From Pyrinomonadaceae bacterium (lineage in GTDB: Bacteria; Acidobacteriota; Blastocatellia; Pyrinomonadales; Pyrinomonadaceae): 64,000 bases of DNA. The number at the start of each line of letters is the position of its first letter. Position 1 is the first letter of the stretch. Made by a program: the position numbers and the translations under genes. Below, one piece after another: positions 51,966 through 59,121 of this stretch. The notes under the pieces were generated by a model. That model searched no databases. It was not told the DNA's origin and saw only the letters and a list, made by a program, of their open reading frames with translations. The stretch is from assembly GCA_046154245.1 (NCBI GenBank), contig JBJXFZ010000072.1:3097-67096 (forward strand). Direction: 5' to 3'.

Positions 51966-53899
51966 CGACACTTGCTACAAACTGTCCCTCTTGCGCGGCG
52001 CCGATCGAGTTTAAGGCCGGTTCCACGCTGGTCGTTGTGTGTGCATTTTGCCGCTCGGCGATCGCTCGCACGGATCGCGGGCTCGAGGACATCGGCAAGG
52101 TTGCCGAGATCGTCGAGAGTCAATCACCCCTAAAGCTTGGATTAAAAGGTACTTACAACGGCAATCGGTTTGAGCTTACCGGACGGGCGCAGATTGGGCA
52201 CGAACTAGGCGGCGTCTGGGACGAGTGGTACGCGACCTTCTCAAATGGCTGGGTCGGCTGGCTCGCCGAGGCTCAAGGGCGATTTTACCTGACGTTTTAT
52301 CAACCGCTGCCGGAGGGCGGACAACTACCGACGTTCGCTGGTTTGCAGCTCGGCCAGATCGTCAGCGAGATTCCGAGTCAGACGCCATTGATGGTTCAGG
52401 AGAAAGGTCGTGCGACGACAATCGCGGCCGATGGCGAGATCCCATACAAACTCGTACCCGGCGAGCAATTTGAATATGCCGACCTCGCAGGCAAACAAAA
52501 TGCTTTTGCGACGATCGATTACAGCATTGATCCGCCGTGGGCGTTTGTCGGCTCTCAGGTGACGCTCGACGAGATCGGTTTGGCGGACGCAAAGCCGGTT
52601 ACGCGCGAGTTAAAGAGAGTCACGAGTGCAGCGATGGGCTGTCCGAATTGCGGCGGGCCGTTGTCGCTAAGCGCACCTGACAGCGCGATGCGCGTAACTT
52701 GTCCGAATTGCAGCTCACTGCTCGATGTCAATGAAGGCAAATTAACATATCTACAATCACTGACACCTCCGGCGGACGCGCCCGACTTTGTCGCGCCGAT
52801 CGGAGCCGAGGGGACTTTTGCAGGCGATGTGAAGTTCAAGATAATCGGCGCGACGGTTCGAAGCGTGACATTCGACGGCGTCAAATATTTTTGGCACGAA
52901 TATCTGCTCTACAATCCGTCGATCGGTTTCCGATGGCTCGTGCATTCTGATAATCATTGGAATTTTGTCGAGCCGGTCAACGCTGCCGAGGTTGAACAGA
53001 AAGAGATATTCGGCGCCATACGCAAGGTCGTCTGTAACGGAAAAAGCTACAGGATCTTTCAGGATGCACCCGCTACCGTCGAGTATGTAAAAGGCGAATT
53101 CTATTGGCGTGTGGAACAAGGCGAGACCGTTCGCGCGGTCGATTATGTCGCTGCGCCGATGATGCTCTCGCAAGAGGTTTCAGCAAACGAGGTCAACTGG
53201 TCCGCCGGGACATACATGACCAATGACGAGGTCGAAAAAGCGTTCGGCATCGAAGGATTGCCAAAACCGTGGAGCGTTGGACCAAACCAACCGTTTACCG
53301 GACAGTTTTATTACACTTGGGGAGCGTTGCCGCTGCTCGGTCTGTTTGTCGTCGCGTTGTTTATGATACCGTTCACCGGCATGACGAGCACGGTCCTTAG
53401 TGAAACTATCAACCTGCCGCCGTCGGCCGCGCCGCAGGTGCAGTTTAGTCAACCGTTTGAGCTAAAAGGAAATCGTAATATCCGCATCTCGGCGTCGGCG
53501 CCCGTTAACAATTCGGCAGCCGATCTCGATGTCGATCTCGTAAACGATCAAAGTCAGGAGATCGAGTCGGTGAGTATTCCCGTCTCATATTACCAGGGCG
53601 TTGAAGACGGTGAGAGCTGGTCGGAGGGCAGCACGGGCAATGACGCAATGTTGTCGTCACTGCCGGCCGGCAAATACACGCTTCGTGTCGAAGGCACGAC
53701 AGAAAACGTTCCCGCTCCGCTGCCAGTCACTCTCAAGGTCGAGCAAAACGTAAATCGCGGCGTAAACTTTTGCTGTGCGCTGCTGATCTTGGCGATCGTT
53801 CCGATCCTGGGTTTGTTTCGCAAGTTTTCATTCGAGCGAGGTCGTTGGCGCGACAGCATGTTTGGTTCGTCGAGCAGCGGCGGCTCGGATGATGAGTAG
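51962..53899 (+). CDS. DUF4178 domain-containing membrane protein with zinc ribbons
   Basis: 645 aa. ATGA overlap with speH. CPSCAAPIEF..CAFCRS and CPNCGGPLSL..CPNCSSLLD each precede DUF4178-like beta domains. Two TM segments. Confidence 0.7.
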   Translation: MTTLATNCPSCAAPIEFKAGSTLVVVCAFCRSAIARTDRGLEDIGKVAEIVESQSPLKLGLKGTYNGNRFELTGRAQIGHELGGVWDEWYATFSNGWVGWLAEAQGRFYLTFYQPLPEGGQLPTFAGLQLGQIVSEIPSQTPLMVQEKGRATTIAADGEIPYKLVPGEQFEYADLAGKQNAFATIDYSIDPPWAFVGSQVTLDEIGLADAKPVTRELKRVTSAAMGCPNCGGPLSLSAPDSAMRVTCPNCSSLLDVNEGKLTYLQSLTPPADAPDFVAPIGAEGTFAGDVKFKIIGATVRSVTFDGVKYFWHEYLLYNPSIGFRWLVHSDNHWNFVEPVNAAEVEQKEIFGAIRKVVCNGKSYRIFQDAPATVEYVKGEFYWRVEQGETVRAVDYVAAPMMLSQEVSANEVNWSAGTYMTNDEVEKAFGIEGLPKPWSVGPNQPFTGQFYYTWGALPLLGLFVVALFMIPFTGMTSTVLSETINLPPSAAPQVQFSQPFELKGNRNIRISASAPVNNSAADLDVDLVNDQSQEIESVSIPVSYYQGVEDGESWSEGSTGNDAMLSSLPAGKYTLRVEGTTENVPAPLPVTLKVEQNVNRGVNFCCALLILAIVPILGLFRKFSFERGRWRDSMFGSSSSGGSDDE

Positions 53900-53906
53900 G
53901 TAAATT

Positions 53907-54056
53907 ATGTTGAAGAAACTTTACGTGATATTTGCCGGCGGGGTTCTGCTGACGTATTCAGCCGCCGCGTGGTTCGGTTGGGAAGTTGCAAACTCCGGCA
54001 GCCGCTCGCGTTTGGGAACGCCGTTTTTCTATACGGGTTTTAGAGGAGGAAAATAA
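53907..54056 (+). CDS. 49-aa single-TM protein
   Basis: Below the track's size cutoff. Sequence MLKKLYVIFAGGVLLTYSAAAWFGWEVANSGSRSRLGTPFFYTGFRGGK*. The stop overlaps the next ATG (TAATG). Confidence 0.55.
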   Translation: MLKKLYVIFAGGVLLTYSAAAWFGWEVANSGSRSRLGTPFFYTGFRGGK

Positions 54057-54316
54057 TGTTAAGTCTGACAAATTTGGGCACGCTCGCCATGATCGTTAAA
54101 CTCGAAGACCTTTTGCCCGTCGCGGCAACTACGATCATCTTTGTCGCGATCGGCCTGATCGTTTTTACCATCGCGTTTTTGATCGTAGTGCTGGTATCAC
54201 CGTTCTCGGTCAAAAAAGAGATCGAAGAAGACCACAACACGGCGCTCGCTATCATCATCGGCGCGCTGATCATTGGTATCGCGATGATAATCGCTTCGGC
54301 TATTCAGGGAAATTAG
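54056..54316 (+). CDS. DUF350 (YjfL-like) membrane protein
   Basis: 86 aa with 3 TM segments. An acidic loop (KKEIEEDHNTA) is typical of DUF350. Confidence 0.7.
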   Translation: MLSLTNLGTLAMIVKLEDLLPVAATTIIFVAIGLIVFTIAFLIVVLVSPFSVKKEIEEDHNTALAIIIGALIIGIAMIIASAIQGN

Positions 54317-54319
54317 GGA

Positions 54320-54393
54320 TTCAAACAGGATAGGCAGGATGAGCAGGATAATTGCTTTTCTCTATCCTGTCGATCCTGTGCATCCTGTTTGAA
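54320..54393. repeat. CAGGAT-nonamer palindrome, copy B (ORF-less)
   Basis: TTCAAACAGGAT-AGG-CAGGAT-GAG-CAGGAT ..14 nt.. ATCCTG-TCG-ATCCTG-TGC-ATCCTGTTTGAA. Confidence 0.85.
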
Positions 54394-54401
54394 TTTCTAA
54401 C

Positions 54402-55925
54402 ATGAAACGCGCTCCGCTACTTTTTCTCAACGTCTTTGTCATCGCAACCTGCGGGCTCATCTACGAGCTGCTCGCTGCAACTCTCTCGTCCTATGTGCTT
54501 GGCGACAGCGTCACGCAGTTCTCACTCATCATCGGGATCTATCTTTTTGCGATGGGTGTCGGCTCGTATCTGTCAAAGTTTATCGACAAGAATGTCGCCG
54601 AGAAATTTATTGAGATCGAACTGGGGGTTGCGGTGATCGGGGGTTTTTCAGCCCCGCTTCTGTTCTTTGCGTTTGCGCACCTCACGTACTTCGCTCTCGT
54701 CTTATATGGCATAGTTTTTATCATCGGAACACTCGTTGGCCTCGAGATACCGTTGCTAATGCGTATCCTAAAAGATGAGCTCGACTTTAAAGATCTGGTT
54801 TCTCGCGTTCTCGCATTCGATTACATCGGCGCCCTGGCCGCATCACTGCTGTTCCCGATCTTTCTAGTGCCACGCCTCGGCCTTAACCGGACATCACTGC
54901 TTTTTGGCATGCTAAACGCAGCCGTCGGCATCTGGGCGACGTGGCTTTTGCTGCCGCTGCTAAAACGAAATGTGACATTGATGCGTGTAAAAGGCGCGGT
55001 GATTCTCGTGCTGCTCGCCATCGCGTTCATCAAGGCCGATCGCCTAACGACGCTCGCCGAGGACGCGCTGTTTGTCGATAACATCATTTATGCAAAAAGC
55101 TCGCCGTATCAACGCATCGTCGTCACAAAGGGCAAAACCGGCTACTCGCTTTTCCTGAACGGCAATCTGCAGTTCAACTCATTCGACGAATACCGTTATC
55201 ACGAGGCGCTCGTTCACCCCGCATTTGCGGCATTTAACGGCGAGCCGAAACGCGTGCTCGTGCTCGGCGGCGGCGACGGCCTCGCGGTTCGCGAAGTTTT
55301 GAAATACAAGTCAGTCGAACATGTCCAACTCGTCGATCTCGACCCCGAGATGACAAAAGTCTCGTCGTCGGTCCCCGCGCTGGGTGAACTGAATAACTAT
55401 GCACTCGACGACCCGCGCGTATCGATAACAAACACTGACGCATATGTTTGGCTCGACGACACGCAAACCGAGCCATTCGACATCGCGATCGTCGACTTTC
55501 CCGACCCGAACAATTTCGCTCTCGGCAAACTTTATACGACGCGTTTCTATAATTTGCTAAAAGCAAAACTCAGACCGGACTCATCCGTGGTGATCCAAAC
55601 AACATCACCGCTAATCGCCCGCAACTCGTTTTGGTGTGTTATGAAAACGCTTGAGGCGAGCGGCTACACGGTCAAACCGTTTCAAACAACGGTTCCGAGC
55701 TTTGGCGTTTGGGGTTTTGCCCTTGCGAAAACACAACCGTTCGAAACACCAGTTAAGCCGCGCGAGAACGTCGAATTGAAGTTTCTAAACAACGAGACCT
55801 TCGCGTCGATGTTCGAGTTTCCATCCGACACATCAAAACCGGCTGAAGAACTCGAGATCAACCGCCTCGACAACCAGGCGCTTGTCCGATACTACGAGAG
55901 CGAATGGCGGCGGTTTGAGCAGTGA
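54402..55925 (+). CDS. membrane-bound polyamine aminopropyltransferase (spermidine synthase-like)
   Basis: 507 aa. About 7 N-terminal TM segments, then an aminopropyltransferase domain (YHEALVHP, VLVLGGGDGLAVREVLKY, VDLDPEM, IVDFPDP). Confidence 0.8.
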   Translation: MKRAPLLFLNVFVIATCGLIYELLAATLSSYVLGDSVTQFSLIIGIYLFAMGVGSYLSKFIDKNVAEKFIEIELGVAVIGGFSAPLLFFAFAHLTYFALVLYGIVFIIGTLVGLEIPLLMRILKDELDFKDLVSRVLAFDYIGALAASLLFPIFLVPRLGLNRTSLLFGMLNAAVGIWATWLLLPLLKRNVTLMRVKGAVILVLLAIAFIKADRLTTLAEDALFVDNIIYAKSSPYQRIVVTKGKTGYSLFLNGNLQFNSFDEYRYHEALVHPAFAAFNGEPKRVLVLGGGDGLAVREVLKYKSVEHVQLVDLDPEMTKVSSSVPALGELNNYALDDPRVSITNTDAYVWLDDTQTEPFDIAIVDFPDPNNFALGKLYTTRFYNLLKAKLRPDSSVVIQTTSPLIARNSFWCVMKTLEASGYTVKPFQTTVPSFGVWGFALAKTQPFETPVKPRENVELKFLNNETFASMFEFPSDTSKPAEELEINRLDNQALVRYYESEWRRFEQ

Positions 55926-55935
55926 TAACAAATTA

Positions 55936-56327
55936 TTCAAACAGGATAGACAGGATAAAAAGGATGAAACATGAGGAACTGACATCACAAATAGGCGCTG
56001 GGTTCTTGGAGTCTGTTTACGAGAAAGCGCTGATCGTAGCATTTTCACAGCGAGGTTTGAATGTTAAGTCGCAAGTTGCACTGCAAGTGAATTTCCGTGG
56101 AGTAATCGTGGGAGATTTTTATGCAGATTTGATCATCGAAGAAAAGGTTTTGATCGAAATCAAGGCAGTTAGCAAAATTTCTCAGAACCATAAGGCTCAA
56201 ATAATCAACTGTCTCAATGCGACGGGTTTTGAAGTTGGTCCGCTCGTAAATTCTGGCACGGCCCGTATTGAGTATTTCAGATTTCATCCAAGCGACCATC
56301 CTGAACATCCTGTCAATCCTGTTTGAA
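55936..56327 (+). mobile_element. CAGGAT-nonamer palindrome, copy C, carrying a GxxExxY gene (candidate IVS-like element)
   Basis: The left arm 55936-55965 is TTCAAACAGGAT-AGA-CAGGAT-AAA-AAGGAT. The right arm 56298-56327 is ATCCTG-AAC-ATCCTG-TCA-ATCCTGTTTGAA. Confidence 0.6.
55964..56326 (+). CDS. GxxExxY protein (PD-(D/E)XK nuclease fold, PDDEXK_3-like)
   Basis: MKHEELTSQIGAGFLESVYEKAL... carries GFLESVY. The nuclease-like signature is ADLIIEEKVLIEIKAV. The start is created by the arm hexamer AAGGATG, and the stop lies in CCTGTTTGA of the right arm. Confidence 0.75.
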   Translation: MKHEELTSQIGAGFLESVYEKALIVAFSQRGLNVKSQVALQVNFRGVIVGDFYADLIIEEKVLIEIKAVSKISQNHKAQIINCLNATGFEVGPLVNSGTARIEYFRFHPSDHPEHPVNPV

Positions 56328-56334
56328 TAAATCC

Positions 56335-57945
56335 GTGAAACTTACTCGCCGCGAAATTTTAACCACATTCCTGGGCGCTCCGATCGCTCTCGCGGCGTGT
56401 CGCGATGTTTCAACGCGCCGGTTTCCCGATGGTGAGATCGTTGGACAGAATGTCGAGCTTGGTCACATCTTACGTGAGCGTCGAACCTTCGATGTTCCGC
56501 CCGGTAATTGGGAAACCAAAAAGGTCGCGATCATCGGCGGCGGCATCGCGGGTTTGACGGCCGCATGGAAATTTAAGAAAGAGAACTTCAATGATTTTGT
56601 TTTGCTTGAATTGGAACGCGAGATCGGCGGCACGTCAGCGAGTAGTCCGGGTCAGCCGGTGGGCTATCCGTGGGGAGCGCACTATCTGCCCGTTCCGTTT
56701 AAGGAGAACACTGAGCTTATAGAGCTACTTAGCGAAATGTCGCTCGTCGAAGGCCGCGATGATAGCGGCGAGTTGATCGTTAAAGAACAGTTTCTCTGCC
56801 GCGAGCCTGAGGAACGTGTCTATTACAAAGGCCGCTGGTACGAAGGTCTTTATCTGCACGTTGGCGAGAGCGAAGAGGACAAGCGACAGTTTGCCGAGTT
56901 TCAAAAGAAGATCGACTATTGGGTCAACTGGCGTGACGCGCTCGGGCAACGGGCGTTTATTGTTCCGGTTGCAAATTGCTCGACCGACACCGACGTCACG
57001 CAGCTTGACAAGATCACATTCGCAGATTGGCTCGCACAAAGCGGATTTACGAGCGAGCGGCTTATCTGGTATTGCGATTACGCGTGCCGCGACGACTACG
57101 GTTTGAAGCTCGATCAAACATCCGCGTGGGCCGGACTGTTTTATTTTTGTTCACGCGTTCGAAGGTCAGGCGCTGAGTCGCAGCCGTTCATTACTGTTCC
57201 TGAGGGCAATGGCCAGTTTGTAAATCATTTTTTTGAGAAGGTGAAAGACCGCGTGCGCCGATCGCAGATGGTCGTGTCAGTCGTACCGACGGCGAATGGC
57301 GTTGACGTTATTTGTCTTGATGGCGGCGAGTTACGCGGCATTCGTTGCGAACGCGCGATCTTTGCGTCGCCGATGTTTACGGCGCCGCATGTAATTCGTG
57401 GCTTTTCGGCGGATGCTCCGTTTGCAGCCACAGAATTTCACCACAACGCGTGGTTTGTCGCGAACTTATTTTTGAAAGACAGGCCCAAGCCACGCTTTGC
57501 AAAAGATTTTCCGCTTGCGTGGGACAATGTTTTATGCGAAAGCCCGTCGCTTGGCTACGTAACCGCGACGCATCAAAAGGGCATCGACTACGGCCCGACG
57601 ATTTTGACCTACTATTATCCGATGTGTCATGAGCCGAACGGCAGAACAAAGCTGTTTGATTATGACTGGCGGCAGCTTGCTGACGTTTGCCTCACCGATC
57701 TGTCGCGAGCTCACACGGACATTTACGAACTGACGACGCGAATCGATATTATTCGTTGGGGCCACGCGATGATCAGCCCGCGTCCAAATTTTATATGGAG
57801 CGGCGTGCGCGAAAAGGCGATGAAACCATATCGGAACATTCACTTCGCGCACACAGACCTGAGCGGCATCGCATTGTTCGAAGAGGCGTTTTATCATGGC
57901 CTTCGTGCTGCAGGCCAAGTAATAAAAGAAATTCAGACAGGATGA
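56335..57945 (+). CDS. Tat-exported FAD-dependent (amine-oxidase-like) oxidoreductase
   Basis: Twin-arginine signal KLTRREILTTFLGAPIALAAC. Dinucleotide fold VAIIGGGIAGLTAAW. The start could be GTG 56335 or TTG 56323 (the track's choice), which lies inside the palindrome arm. Confidence 0.75.
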   Translation: MKLTRREILTTFLGAPIALAACRDVSTRRFPDGEIVGQNVELGHILRERRTFDVPPGNWETKKVAIIGGGIAGLTAAWKFKKENFNDFVLLELEREIGGTSASSPGQPVGYPWGAHYLPVPFKENTELIELLSEMSLVEGRDDSGELIVKEQFLCREPEERVYYKGRWYEGLYLHVGESEEDKRQFAEFQKKIDYWVNWRDALGQRAFIVPVANCSTDTDVTQLDKITFADWLAQSGFTSERLIWYCDYACRDDYGLKLDQTSAWAGLFYFCSRVRRSGAESQPFITVPEGNGQFVNHFFEKVKDRVRRSQMVVSVVPTANGVDVICLDGGELRGIRCERAIFASPMFTAPHVIRGFSADAPFAATEFHHNAWFVANLFLKDRPKPRFAKDFPLAWDNVLCESPSLGYVTATHQKGIDYGPTILTYYYPMCHEPNGRTKLFDYDWRQLADVCLTDLSRAHTDIYELTTRIDIIRWGHAMISPRPNFIWSGVREKAMKPYRNIHFAHTDLSGIALFEEAFYHGLRAAGQVIKEIQTG

Positions 57946-57998
57946 AGAGGATACGCAGGATTGTTTGTATCCTGCTAATCCTGTCTATCCTGTTTGAA
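57932..57998. repeat. CAGGAT-nonamer palindrome, copy D (ORF-less)
   Basis: TTCAGACAGGAT-GAA-GAGGAT-ACG-CAGGAT-TGTTTGT-ATCCTG-CTA-ATCCTG-TCT-ATCCTGTTTGAA. The left arm contains the stop codon of the oxidoreductase gene. Confidence 0.85.
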
Positions 57999-58010
57999 TA
58001 AAGCGTCACG

Positions 58011-59063
58011 ATGGATGCGACAATAGCAAAACCGAACTACTGGCTCTTTTCCCGCGAGATCGATCTATCGGTTTTTCTCGGCAGTGCGCTTCTCTCGATG
58101 CTTCTGCTCGCGCTTGGTTGGCAGCTGGGCATTTTGAATGCAGACTCGCCCGAATGGACTTGGATCACTGCGGTGCTGCTGATCGACGTCGCGCATGTTT
58201 GGTCGACAAGTTTTCGCGTCTATTTTGATACTGCGGAATTCAAACGCAGGTTTTGGTTGTACTTGCTTGTGCCTGTTTTTGGCTACGCGATCGGCGTAGC
58301 GCTCTATTCCGAGGGCGATCTTGTCTTTTGGAAAGCATTAGCGATCGTCGCGGTGTTTCACTTTGTGCGCCAGCAATACGGCTGGGTCGCGTTGTATCGC
58401 CGCAAACTAAACGAGACGGCGACATGGACTTGGGTTATCGATGCCGCGGCGGTTTATCTTGCGACCATTTATCCGTTGGTGTTTTGGATGACGCGGCTGC
58501 CGCGCGAATTCAACTGGTTTGTAGCGAATGATTTCTTTTTGCTTCCAACGTTCGTCGAGCAAATCCTTTTCCCCGTCTACGTCCTTGCACTCGCGGCCTA
58601 CGCCGCAAAATCGATCTATCAATATTTCGCAAGTGGATTCTCAAACATCGGCAAAGACATCATAGTCGCGACGACCGCCGTCTGCTGGTACGTCGGGATC
58701 GTGTATTTCAACTCGGACTACGCGTTTACGGTCACAAACGTCATCATCCACGGCGTGCCGTATTTTGCACTTATCTACTTTTACGCGCGAGCGCGGCGCG
58801 AAACGGCCGGACCTTTTTACCGGGCTTTCTCACAGAATTGGGTGATATTTCTCACGACGCTCTGGGCTCTCGCCTATGTGGAAGAATTATTCTGGCATCG
58901 CGGTGTTTGGCACGAGCAGCAATGGCTGTTTGGCGCCGACTGGAATTGGCAAAACTTGAAAACTTACATCGTCCCGCTGCTCGCCGTGCCGCAACTGACG
59001 CATTACGTGCTCGACGGTTTTATCTGGCGAAAGAAAAGCAATCCGAACCTAAATTTCATCTAA
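58011..59063 (+). CDS. hypothetical polytopic membrane protein with conserved His motifs
   Basis: 350 aa with about 9 TM segments. His-containing blocks HVWSTSFRVY, FHFVRQQYGW, IIHGVPYF and HYVLDGFIWRKK. Confidence 0.55.
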   Translation: MDATIAKPNYWLFSREIDLSVFLGSALLSMLLLALGWQLGILNADSPEWTWITAVLLIDVAHVWSTSFRVYFDTAEFKRRFWLYLLVPVFGYAIGVALYSEGDLVFWKALAIVAVFHFVRQQYGWVALYRRKLNETATWTWVIDAAAVYLATIYPLVFWMTRLPREFNWFVANDFFLLPTFVEQILFPVYVLALAAYAAKSIYQYFASGFSNIGKDIIVATTAVCWYVGIVYFNSDYAFTVTNVIIHGVPYFALIYFYARARRETAGPFYRAFSQNWVIFLTTLWALAYVEELFWHRGVWHEQQWLFGADWNWQNLKTYIVPLLAVPQLTHYVLDGFIWRKKSNPNLNFI

Positions 59064-59092
59064 ACAAAAAGGCGGGCATCGCTCGCCCGCCT
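59062..59092 (-). terminator. candidate intrinsic terminator for the minus-strand PDZ gene
   Basis: GGCGGGC-ATCGCTC-GCCCGCC (59071-59091). On the minus strand it is followed by TTTTTGTTTA. Confidence 0.6.
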
Positions 59093-59121
59093 GAACCTCG
59101 AGATAAAAAAGTTCCCTTGGA

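Noticed and set aside
54320-57998. The periodic CAGGAT repeats might be a small CRISPR array.
   Set aside because: There are only three 6-bp units per arm, with 3-nt spacers. The units are arranged as inverted arms, and no cas genes are present. This is not CRISPR architecture.
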